Positions 21,140 to 29,348 of a stretch of 33,726 nucleotides of DNA are shown one piece after another. Below the pieces are notes generated by a model. It ran no database searches and had not been told where the DNA came from. It was given only the letters and a program-made list of their open reading frames with translations. This DNA comes from Gammaproteobacteria bacterium (GTDB taxonomy: Bacteria > Pseudomonadota > Gammaproteobacteria > GCA-001735895), in NCBI GenBank assembly GCA_029882955.1, contig JAOUJX010000002.1, positions 1 to 33,726 of the forward strand. Direction: 5' to 3'. Within the stretch, counting starts at the first letter, position 1, and each line of letters begins with the position of its first letter. Position numbers and translations under genes: made by a program.

Positions 21140-21985
21140 GTGAGCCAGGAAATAGCCTCAGCACTGCGTTGGGCACAGGGTCAGTTTGACAGCATTAGTG
21201 ACAGCGCACGGCTGGATGCCGAGCTGTTGCTCGCGCATTGTTTACAAAAACCTCGAAGTTATTTATATAGCTGGCCTGAACAAGAATTACCGACATCCGT
21301 CCACTCGGAGTTTGAAATCCTCGTAGCACAACGATTGAAACCGACCCCACTGGCTTACTTACTGGTGAGTCGAGAGTTTTACTCGTTAGAATTTAAAATT
21401 TCACCGGTGGCGCTTATTCCACGACCGGAAACCGAGCTACTGGTTGATACCACTTTGCAACTCTGTGCCGGGCTGCAGCGGCCTCGAATTCTGGAAATGG
21501 GAACCGGTACAGGCATCATTTCTATCGTCCTGCTGAAGGAAAAACCAGACATCGATCTAGTGACTACCGATATCAGCAAAGCCTGCCTGGAATTAGCAAC
21601 AACCAATGCCCGCATTCACCAGGTTTCACTCCATTGCCTTCAGTCCGACTGGTATCAGGCATTAACGGCGCTACCCGGGTTCGACCTGATTGTATCCAAC
21701 CCGCCCTATATCGCTGCAAATGACCCTTACCTCAGCCAGGGCGATTTACCGGCTGAACCTTTACTCGCGCTCACGCCGGGTAAAACCGGACTCGAATCGA
21801 TAGAAAAGATTGTTGCAGGTGCGCCTCAGCACCTTAATCCGGGTGGTTATCTCATATTCGAACACGGCTACGATCAGGCAGAGGCCGTCGAAGCACTGCT
21901 TACCACCACAGGATTTACCAATATTCAAAATCTGCTGGATGACAACCAACTACCGCGGGTCAGTCTGGGACAATTACCTTACTAA
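21140..21985 (+). CDS. prmC: Release-factor glutamine N5-methyltransferase PrmC (HemK)
   Basis: The GTG start lies 3 nt after the prfA stop. The SAM motif I is ILEMGTGTGIISI and the catalytic motif is NPPY. Confidence 0.9.
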   Translation: MSQEIASALRWAQGQFDSISDSARLDAELLLAHCLQKPRSYLYSWPEQELPTSVHSEFEILVAQRLKPTPLAYLLVSREFYSLEFKISPVALIPRPETELLVDTTLQLCAGLQRPRILEMGTGTGIISIVLLKEKPDIDLVTTDISKACLELATTNARIHQVSLHCLQSDWYQALTALPGFDLIVSNPPYIAANDPYLSQGDLPAEPLLALTPGKTGLESIEKIVAGAPQHLNPGGYLIFEHGYDQAEAVEALLTTTGFTNIQNLLDDNQLPRVSLGQLPY

Positions 21986-22025
21986 TGGTATTGAATTCGT
22001 ATCGATAGCGGCGTAGTCTTGATAT

Positions 22026-22409
22026 ATGGATGAGACGGAATGCTATCGATGTCGGCTGTTTTACCTCAAACATAACACCGACCCCACAAAACAGGCCGAA
22101 GCCGCCTGCGAAGTACTGGCCGGCACCAAAGGTGTCATCCTCGCCGCTCCTGCTTCAGAGAACAGTATTCACCTGATTTATTCTCTCAACCATTTGTCCT
22201 TCGAATTACTCACCGACTTGCTAGCCGAGCTAGATTTCGAACTAGACGACTCAATCCTGTTGAGCCTGCGTAAAACTATCTTCCAGTATCTAGAAGATAA
22301 CGCACGCGATAATATGCACATCGATGTCAGTGAATTCCAGCAGCACTGCGAGAGCCCGCCACACATTCCCCACCAAAACGCCGACAGGTACTGGGAAGAC
22401 TATCACTAG
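22026..22409 (+). CDS. Hypothetical acidic protein (127 aa)
   Basis: Third codon positions are C-rich and look like coding sequence. There is an N-terminal CxxC (ECYRC), an alpha/beta-looking middle, and a His-rich C-terminus (HCESPPHIPH). No clear SD precedes it, and no terminator separates it from prmC. I recognise no family. Confidence 0.5.
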   Translation: MDETECYRCRLFYLKHNTDPTKQAEAACEVLAGTKGVILAAPASENSIHLIYSLNHLSFELLTDLLAELDFELDDSILLSLRKTIFQYLEDNARDNMHIDVSEFQQHCESPPHIPHQNADRYWEDYH

Positions 22410-22440
22410 CTTTTTTTAGGTACGGAGAACTTACTGTGGG

Positions 22441-22475
22441 CAAAAAAATGGCCGGTTGAGGGGACAACCAGCCAT
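22441..22475 (-). terminator. Rho-independent terminator oriented for the minus strand
   Basis: 11-bp stem with one mismatch: ATGGCCGGTTG (22448-22458) / CAACCAGCCAT (22465-22475), with a 6-nt loop. On the minus strand the hairpin is followed by U7 (plus-strand A run at 22442-22448). It lies about 240 nt downstream of the dehydrogenase stop. Confidence 0.6.
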
Positions 22476-22714
22476 AATGTCATATAGACTTACTATAACC
22501 AAAGGAGGACATCGTGAGAGCGGTTAAACAGTATGTCTAACCTGTTACACAATACTATATATAGTACATGTTTTACTTTTTTCCAGTATTTTATCGATAA
22601 AAGGTAGCTTTATTTCGACAAGGTCTAAAAAAACAAGCAAATACAAGGCTTCTGGATGAAAATTATATCCTGATATTTTATTGAATTGACTTAAAACGGT
22701 CGTTTTACAGCAAT

Positions 22715-23578
22715 CTAACGAGTCAAACGGCGTATCAGACTGGAAGTATCCCAACGACCGCCACCCATTTCCTGAATTTCGGCGTAATAATCATTCACGA
22801 TTTTAGTAATCGGTAATTGCGCACCATTCTTTGCGCTTTCTTCCAGGCAAATGCCAAGATCCTTGCGCATCCAGTCGACTGCAAAACCGAAATCGAACTC
22901 ATCTTTGAGCATAGTTAATCCGCGGTTCTCCATCTGCCACGAACCGGCAGCTCCTTTTGATATCACATCGACTACCCTGGCACCGTCCAGACCGGCTTTC
23001 TGGGCAAAGTTGAGCCCTTCAGACAATCCCTGCACCAGACCGGCAATACAAATCTGATTCACCATTTTGGCAAGCTGACCCGAACCCACCGGGCCGAGTA
23101 GCTCGGCAGCGCGGGCATAGCTCATGATAACCGGTTTAACCGTTTCGAAAGCCGCCTCATCACCACCCATCATCACCGTCAATACGCCATTTTCAGCACC
23201 AGCCTGACCACCTGAAACAGGTGCATCAAGAAATGGTACCGTGGCTTTTTCTGCAATTTCGCGTGCAACATTGGCCGAAGCAGTGGTGTGATCGACCAAA
23301 ATCGCCGTTTCCTTGATACCTGCTAACACACCGTCGTCACCATAAATGACAGACCGTAAATCATCGTCATTGCCAACGCAGACAAATACGAAATCGGCAT
23401 CGGCCACTGCTTCGCGAGGAGTTGTGGCAAAGCTACCGCTGTAATCTTTACACCATTGTTCGGCTTTACTAGTCGTGCGGTTGTAGACGCAGGTTTGATA
23501 CCCGGCTTTGGCCAGATGTCCAGCCATTGGATAACCCATAACACCAAGGCCGATGAAGGCGACGTTTGCTTTGCTCAT
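22715..23578 (-). CDS. NAD(P)-dependent beta-hydroxyacid dehydrogenase (3-hydroxyisobutyrate dehydrogenase/MmsB-GarR family)
   Basis: N-terminal Rossmann loop FIGLGVMGYPMAGHL, a central DAPVSGG block, and a C-terminal all-helical domain, in 287 aa. Confidence 0.85.
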   Translation of the reverse strand: MSKANVAFIGLGVMGYPMAGHLAKAGYQTCVYNRTTSKAEQWCKDYSGSFATTPREAVADADFVFVCVGNDDDLRSVIYGDDGVLAGIKETAILVDHTTASANVAREIAEKATVPFLDAPVSGGQAGAENGVLTVMMGGDEAAFETVKPVIMSYARAAELLGPVGSGQLAKMVNQICIAGLVQGLSEGLNFAQKAGLDGARVVDVISKGAAGSWQMENRGLTMLKDEFDFGFAVDWMRKDLGICLEESAKNGAQLPITKIVNDYYAEIQEMGGGRWDTSSLIRRLTR

Positions 23579-24080
23579 TTGATGACTCGTTTTACGATAA
23601 AAACTAATTCTAACATTGGTCGGGCAAAAAAAGACACAGGGCCTTACATGTGAACTGAGAGGTGATTCACATTTTCATGCTCGATTTACTGATAAATTCG
23701 GCACCACGTGACTAGTGCGAAATTGCACGTGCGTAGTGTATAAGTGCATAACTGATGTAACTTAAAAAAACCAGCGGTTTAGTTATAAGATTTTTACACT
23801 ACTAATTTCACTGATACATACCTTACGGTAAGTATCTGTTTCATCGTTATTAATAGTTTTGGCTTAGGCCAAAAAGTGCCGGGTATTGGATCAAAACTGA
23901 TCGCTTTCAATACCTGATAAAAATATACACCCAGGTATAGGCACTTGGATAATTTCGATAGGGCAAATAATCTGACAATAAAAGCTTAGGGATCGCATTC
24001 GTGCAATAACCAGTAAATAAAAGATTTGCTGGTTTAAGCGCCAGGCTGTTCCTAAAAAAAAATGATTTAGGGGTTCTATA

Positions 24081-26912
24081 ATGAATAAAAAACGAAAAGT
24101 ACCATCGGGGATATCGACTGATATCGTTAAAAGTAAATACAACATACCACGCCAGGCGGTCGTGCTGGGCTTCTCTGCCCTTTTTACCGTGTTTTCGGCT
24201 ACGGCGGCTCTCGACCACGTCGGCCCACCGCCAGCTGGTGATCCATCGGCATTTACGGATCCGATAATCGGGGGCTCGATAGACGGTGTCGCCCTGGAAG
24301 ACATGGTGCCACCAATGGAAGGTGCGCTTGAAATCGAGAATGGCGGACATGCTGATCCTGGTGTTAATAATGGCCTGACCACCGGTATGCAACTCGAAGG
24401 AGGCGGGGGCCGCTATGATGTGCCCACCGGTGCAGCGGCAAGTCCAATGTTTGGTGCCACACCCTATTCACAGCAAATGCTTCGTTTTGAAGAATTTGGA
24501 GCGCAAAAGCTCGACCCTGCTGTCACCGCTGGAAAGACACCTTTCCCGGCACCGAGTGTCGGGGCGGCCCCTTTCCAGGACCCCAGTGCACTAACGTCGA
24601 GCCAGCCGGAGTCTGTCGCACTGGATGCGTTTTTGAATCAGGATGGTCTATTCCCGTTCCCGACAGAATTTTCTAACACAACCGACCTTAGCCCCTGGAC
24701 TGCCGAAATTGAAGGCTTTCTGGGTCGCTCTTTGGAGGGTGCTCCGATAGAGGGTCGACCTGGTGGTCGCGGCTGGGCGCATCAGCGTTGGAATGAATTC
24801 TATCCGCAGTCCTATTATAAAACCGTACAGACCGGTGCACGAACAAATCTAGGCCTACGCAACAAATACCAGCTCCACAACTATTCAGTAGGTGAATTTG
24901 GTCCCGGAGGTCTCTACCATAATGTTGCTGGTGTTCCAGCCACCGAGGGCACTACAGCCGGTTTGGATATTGCCTTTCATCCGAACATGCCAATTCAGGA
25001 CCATAAGTCATTATGGACTTTTGACGGTACTTTACCGCCCAAGCTATTGATGGCTAGAGTCGGTGAACCCATATTGATGCGCCACTACAATGGCCTGCCT
25101 ATCGATCCGACTGCAAATCGCGGATTCGGTCTCCATACTATTTCCACCCATGAGCACAACGGTCATAACCCGGCTGAAAGCGATGGCTTCGCCAATGCGT
25201 TTTTCTTCCCCGGTCAGTATTATGACTACCGCTGGCCTATGCAGGTCGCCGGTTACGATTCGATCAATACCACAGCCACCGACCCAAGGAACTCTTTCCC
25301 GTGCACCGAAGGCGAAACCCTGTTTGTCAATGACCTCAATCCCGGACTCAAGACATGCGAAAACGGCCTGATAAATATACGGGGTGATCATCGCGAAATC
25401 ATGAGCACACACTGGTTCCACGACCATATGCTCGATTTCACCGCGCAAAACGTTTACAAAGGCAACGCCGCGATGATGAATTATTACAGCGGTAAAGACC
25501 GTGGAAACGAAGCCATTAATGATGGCGTTAACCTGCGTTTCCCTAGTGGTTCAGCACTGCCCTGGGGTAATCGTGATTATGACGTCAACCTGGTGTTAGC
25601 AGATAAAGCCTGGGATCAGGAAGGCCAGTTGTGGTTTAACATTTTTAATCTGGATGGTTTTGTCGGCGACGTTATGACCACTAACTGGTTATATAAGCCT
25701 TATATGGATGTCCGTGCACGTAGCTACCGTTTCCGAATCTTAAACGGTTCTGTTTCGCGTTATTTCAAACTGGCACTAGTACAGGAAGTTGCTGGCCGAA
25801 CTAGCGGCGAAATTCCGGGTGGTGCGGGACAGGATGTTTCCTGGAACCGGATTCCATTCCATATGATCGCCAACGACGGTAATATTATGCAACACGCTGT
25901 TCAGTTTGATGGCAGCCTTGACCTGGATTACGACGGCGATGCTGATGAACATAAAGGCGCTCTACCCGTGCAGGCAATCGCCGAGCGTTATGACATTATT
26001 GTCGATTTCTCCAAACACGCTCTAAATCCGGGTGACAAGCTTTATTTTGTTAATCTGGTAGAGCATAAAGATGGCAGAGTTGTCGAAGGTGTTGTACCAC
26101 TGGCTGACGTATTACGTGGTGATTACAAAGCTATACAGACTGTCGATGCAACGACAGGGGCCACTTACTGGGAAGAAGCTGATCCTGTGGTCGGTAAATT
26201 CCTCGAATTGCGAGTTCAGGCTTACGACGGTGTAGACCAGAGTATGGATCCGTCGAATTATGTCGAAGGACAACTCGCGATGACCGAGCTGCCCTGGGAT
26301 CGAAATAATGCAGATGACGTGGCCAAGATATCCGAAGCCCGCCATCGCAGTTTTGATTTTGGTCGATCATCTGGAACAGATACAGCGCCCTGGACGGTTA
26401 AGACCGACGGTGATGCTGGCTTAACGGCAGATACTCGTCGCTTATCGGCCGCACCACAGCTAGCAACAGGTCCGACGGAAGCCGGATTCTCTGGCGATGG
26501 TACACGTGAAGTCTGGCAATTAGAAACAGGAGGTGGTTGGAGCCATCCAATACATATTCACTTCGAGGAAGGTGTCATTATCAGTAAAGATCGAGGGCTT
26601 CCGCCAAAGTGGGAAATTGGAGCACGCAAGGATGTATTCCGCCTGGGTCCCGAAGAGGACGGCGCACGGGAAGTGGAAATTGCTTACAGCTTCCGAGAAT
26701 TTGCGGGAAGTTTCGTCGAGCATTGTCATAATACTCAACACGAGGATCATGCAATGTTGTTGCGCTGGGACCTGGAGCATCCAGGGCAGGTGAAATTTAT
26801 GCCTTCGGTAATTCCGACCTGGGACGGGGTTGAATATATTGACACCGTCGCTTTACCCACCTTCCGCGCAGGTGATGGGGTTGGACCGGAAAGCGGTATT
26901 CCAGCCAACTAA
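24081..26912 (+). CDS. Large multicopper oxidase (943 aa), CotA/bilirubin-oxidase-like motifs, with a Sec-type signal or anchor
   Basis: All four MCO copper motifs are intact: H357-E-H359 (THEHNGH), W445-F-H-D-H449, H822-P-I-H-I-H827, and H881-C-H-NTQ-H-EDHA-M892. The cupredoxin core starts near aa 310 (LWTFDGTLPPKLLMARVGEPILMRHYNGLP), so about 300 aa precede it. The N-terminus MNKKRKVPSG...PRQAVVLGFSALFTVFSATAAL has no twin arginine. AGGGG lies 8 nt upstream of the ATG. Confidence 0.85.
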   Translation: MNKKRKVPSGISTDIVKSKYNIPRQAVVLGFSALFTVFSATAALDHVGPPPAGDPSAFTDPIIGGSIDGVALEDMVPPMEGALEIENGGHADPGVNNGLTTGMQLEGGGGRYDVPTGAAASPMFGATPYSQQMLRFEEFGAQKLDPAVTAGKTPFPAPSVGAAPFQDPSALTSSQPESVALDAFLNQDGLFPFPTEFSNTTDLSPWTAEIEGFLGRSLEGAPIEGRPGGRGWAHQRWNEFYPQSYYKTVQTGARTNLGLRNKYQLHNYSVGEFGPGGLYHNVAGVPATEGTTAGLDIAFHPNMPIQDHKSLWTFDGTLPPKLLMARVGEPILMRHYNGLPIDPTANRGFGLHTISTHEHNGHNPAESDGFANAFFFPGQYYDYRWPMQVAGYDSINTTATDPRNSFPCTEGETLFVNDLNPGLKTCENGLINIRGDHREIMSTHWFHDHMLDFTAQNVYKGNAAMMNYYSGKDRGNEAINDGVNLRFPSGSALPWGNRDYDVNLVLADKAWDQEGQLWFNIFNLDGFVGDVMTTNWLYKPYMDVRARSYRFRILNGSVSRYFKLALVQEVAGRTSGEIPGGAGQDVSWNRIPFHMIANDGNIMQHAVQFDGSLDLDYDGDADEHKGALPVQAIAERYDIIVDFSKHALNPGDKLYFVNLVEHKDGRVVEGVVPLADVLRGDYKAIQTVDATTGATYWEEADPVVGKFLELRVQAYDGVDQSMDPSNYVEGQLAMTELPWDRNNADDVAKISEARHRSFDFGRSSGTDTAPWTVKTDGDAGLTADTRRLSAAPQLATGPTEAGFSGDGTREVWQLETGGGWSHPIHIHFEEGVIISKDRGLPPKWEIGARKDVFRLGPEEDGAREVEIAYSFREFAGSFVEHCHNTQHEDHAMLLRWDLEHPGQVKFMPSVIPTWDGVEYIDTVALPTFRAGDGVGPESGIPAN

Positions 26913-26926
26913 GTTCTGTAATTGCA

Positions 26927-26972
26927 GTACCGGAAAGCCAGTTTTTGGCTTTCCGGTACTCGTTTTTCTTTT
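26927..26972 (+). terminator. Strong rho-independent terminator between the oxidase and the SCO-cytochrome c gene
   Basis: Perfect 13-bp stem GTACCGGAAAGCC (26927-26939) / GGCTTTCCGGTAC (26947-26959) with a 7-nt loop, followed by TCGTTTTTCTTTT. It starts 15 nt after the oxidase stop. Confidence 0.8.
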
Positions 26973-27022
26973 ACGTATCTACTTCCATAACAACGGTCGA
27001 TTTAGGGCCGATAGGATTTCCT

Positions 27023-28054
27023 ATGTTCAGCTCATTTCTAAACAAATACTTTCAACGCCCTTTCTTGCTGATAATAACGATTACATTGGGATTATCACTT
27101 AGCGGGCCAGTGCTCTCGGGCAGTGCCGCCGAAGTCTGGGGCAAGAACTACTTTCCCAACGTTGAATTAACTAATCATTTGGGCGAAAAAGTCCGATTTT
27201 TCGATGACGTAATAAAAGACAAAGTAGTAGCATTAAATTTCATTTACACCAGTTGTACTGAGGTCTGCCCTACCGAAACAGCACGTATGAAAAACGTTGC
27301 AGGCATACTCGGCGAGCGGATGGGGAAAGATGTATTCTTTTACTCGATTTCAATAGATCCGAAAAACGACACGCCTAAAATACTTAACGACTATCGTAAG
27401 AAATTCGGCATTGGCCAGGGCTGGGAGTTTTTAACCGGTAAAGAAGAAGATATATTGCTGTTACGTAAAAAACTTGGCCTATACATTACAGGCATTCAAG
27501 ATCGGACCTTGTCTGATCATAATATTAACCTGGTAATTGGTAACCAGGCGCTAGGCCGATGGGTGAAGCGATCACCCTTCGAAAACCCTTATGTACTGGC
27601 TAACCAACTCGGGTCCTGGTTACATAACTGGAAACAGGTGCGCACTCAACGCAACAAATACGAAGATGCGCCAGGGCTCAGACAAATTAGCAGTGGCGAA
27701 ATGAAATTCAGGAATATGTGCACGTCATGTCATGTCATTAACGGCGGTTTGGCCAAACTTCCAAACATGCAGCAAATTGGTCCGGATTTGTTTAACGTAG
27801 TTCAAAGTCGTGATCGTAAATGGCTGGAACGATGGCTAGCCGAACCAGACAAAATGCTAAAGGAAAAGGATCCACTAGCCACGGCATTACTGAAACAATA
27901 CAAGGTCGCCATGCCCAATCTAAGCCTGTCTGCACCCGATATAGCAGCATTGATTCAATACATGGATGAAGAAACCAAAAGACTGCAGAAAGTTGCGGGC
28001 AAAACTACCGCACATACTCACGAATCCCATGGAACGACGAATAAGCATAACTAA
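27023..28054 (+). CDS. SCO1/SenC thioredoxin-fold copper chaperone fused to a C-terminal mono-haem class I cytochrome c
   Basis: ATG 27023 gives a signal peptide, MFSSFLNKYFQRPFLLIITITLGLSLSGPVLSGSAAE. The track's TTG 26945 start would run through the terminator hairpin. The SCO motif is FIYTSCTEVCP, with the downstream ligand His in LSDHNINLV. The cytochrome c motif is CTSCH with GPDL, and the distal Met lies in VAMPNLS. There is a His-rich tail, TAHTHESHGTTNKHN. Confidence 0.85.
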   Translation: MFSSFLNKYFQRPFLLIITITLGLSLSGPVLSGSAAEVWGKNYFPNVELTNHLGEKVRFFDDVIKDKVVALNFIYTSCTEVCPTETARMKNVAGILGERMGKDVFFYSISIDPKNDTPKILNDYRKKFGIGQGWEFLTGKEEDILLLRKKLGLYITGIQDRTLSDHNINLVIGNQALGRWVKRSPFENPYVLANQLGSWLHNWKQVRTQRNKYEDAPGLRQISSGEMKFRNMCTSCHVINGGLAKLPNMQQIGPDLFNVVQSRDRKWLERWLAEPDKMLKEKDPLATALLKQYKVAMPNLSLSAPDIAALIQYMDEETKRLQKVAGKTTAHTHESHGTTNKHN

Positions 28055-28086
28055 ATGCTTAATTATTTAGAAGTAACCGATTAAAC

Positions 28087-28122
28087 TCGGCCCGCCGAAT
28101 GCCCCATCATTCGACGGGCCGA
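28087..28122. terminator. Long hairpin between the convergent SCO-cyt c and kynU genes
   Basis: TCGGCCCGCCGAATG (28087-28101) / CATTCGACGGGCCGA (28108-28122). The arms are 15 nt, giving 14 base pairs plus one C-A mismatch, with a 6-nt loop. Neither side has a clean U-run, so terminator function is inferred from position only. Confidence 0.4.
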
Positions 28123-28153
28123 CTCTCCCAGACCTTACCATTATCTAAAGATG

Positions 28154-29347
28154 CTAGGTCACCAGTCCCCGGTTTTTAAACCTCGCCTGGTCCCAGCTAT
28201 TTTCATTAACAATAGCTGCCAGAATATCGGCTGCCTGGATTACCTCCTCAAGATCGAGATACAGTGGCGTAAAGCCGAAGCGGATGATATCGGGTTCGCG
28301 AAAGTCACCCACTACAGCCTGATCGATCAGGGCTTGCATCACTGCATAACCCTGGGGATGTGAGAAGGAAACCTGACTACCGCGTTGATCGGGATTACGC
28401 GGGCTCACCAGTAACAGATCAGAGCATTCGCTTTCGACCCGCTCGATAAAAGCCTCGCTGAGTAGCACCGACTGCTCGCGTACCAGTTCAAGATTGACTC
28501 CCTGCCATATTTCAAGTGCAGTCTCCAGTATACTCATGGCAATAACCGGCGGGGTTCCTACCCGCATACGACCCGTGCCTCCGGCCGACCGATAAGCCGT
28601 GGAAAACTCAAAAGGTGCTTCGTGTCCCATCCATCCACAAAGTGCTGGATCAATTTCATCAATCAGGTCCGGGCTGACATAAATAAACCCTGGGGCACCG
28701 GGGCCGCCATTGAGGTACTTGTAAGTACATCCAAAGGCAAAATCCACCCTGGACTCAGAGACCTGGACCGGAAAAGCACCGGCTGAATGCGCCAGATCCC
28801 ATAGCGCGAGCGCCCCGACCGCATGCGCTCTGCTGGTTAATTCAGCCATGTCGTGTCGCCGCCCAGTACGGTAGTCAACTTCGGTCAACAACATTGCTGC
28901 AACTGACTCGTCCAGCGAGTCCGCAATTGCCGCGGGCGCAACTAGTTTCAATTCATAATCGTTGCCCAGTCTGCTCAGCAGTCCCGATGTTATATATAAA
29001 TCGGTGGGAAAATTACCAGTATCGGAAAGAATGACCCGGCGCTCGGGCCGTTGCCGCAATGCCGCTGCAACCGCCTGATATACCTTGATTGACAGGCTAT
29101 CACCGACCATAACCGAACCTGGCTGGGCACCGATTAAGGGCGCTATTTGATCCCCGACACGCGATGGCAGGTTGATCCAGTCGGCGCCGTTCCAGGCACC
29201 GATTAATTTCTGACCCCACTCCGCCTCAATCACACGAGCAGCCGTTTTTTCGACACCTTTAATCACGGGGCCCAGCGAATTGCCGTCGAGATAAATCATC
29301 CCGGATGGCAGTTGGAAGCGTGCCTTGATATTCGCAAAAGGATTCAT
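28154..29347 (-). CDS. kynU: Kynureninase
   Basis: PLP fold-type I protein with N-terminus MNPFANIKARFQLPSGMIYLDGNSLGP and the PLP-Lys block GCTYKYLNGGPGAPG, which is typical of kynureninase. ATG 29347 lies 1 nt after the uvrD stop. The track start at 29377 sits inside uvrD. Confidence 0.85.
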   Translation of the reverse strand: MNPFANIKARFQLPSGMIYLDGNSLGPVIKGVEKTAARVIEAEWGQKLIGAWNGADWINLPSRVGDQIAPLIGAQPGSVMVGDSLSIKVYQAVAAALRQRPERRVILSDTGNFPTDLYITSGLLSRLGNDYELKLVAPAAIADSLDESVAAMLLTEVDYRTGRRHDMAELTSRAHAVGALALWDLAHSAGAFPVQVSESRVDFAFGCTYKYLNGGPGAPGFIYVSPDLIDEIDPALCGWMGHEAPFEFSTAYRSAGGTGRMRVGTPPVIAMSILETALEIWQGVNLELVREQSVLLSEAFIERVESECSDLLLVSPRNPDQRGSQVSFSHPQGYAVMQALIDQAVVGDFREPDIIRFGFTPLYLDLEEVIQAADILAAIVNENSWDQARFKNRGLVT

Positions 29348-29348
29348 A

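Noticed and set aside
22545-22754. 69-aa minus-strand ORF overlapping the dehydrogenase 3' end
   Set aside because: It starts inside the dehydrogenase coding region in another frame, has AT-rich codons and no RBS. The region is better explained as a 3' UTR.
23891-24392. Two long minus-strand ORFs (163 and 161 aa) overlapping the oxidase 5' end and its upstream region
   Set aside because: Both are antisense to the well-supported oxidase N-terminus, have no SD and give Pro/Ser/Gly-rich nonsense-like products. Two overlapping frames being open at once points to a compositional artefact.
26830-27102. ORF 26830..27102 + and the TTG-26945 N-terminal extension of the SCO-cyt c ORF
   Set aside because: Both read through the 13-bp terminator hairpin. 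ATG 27023 gives a proper signal peptide, so the upstream extension is not credible.
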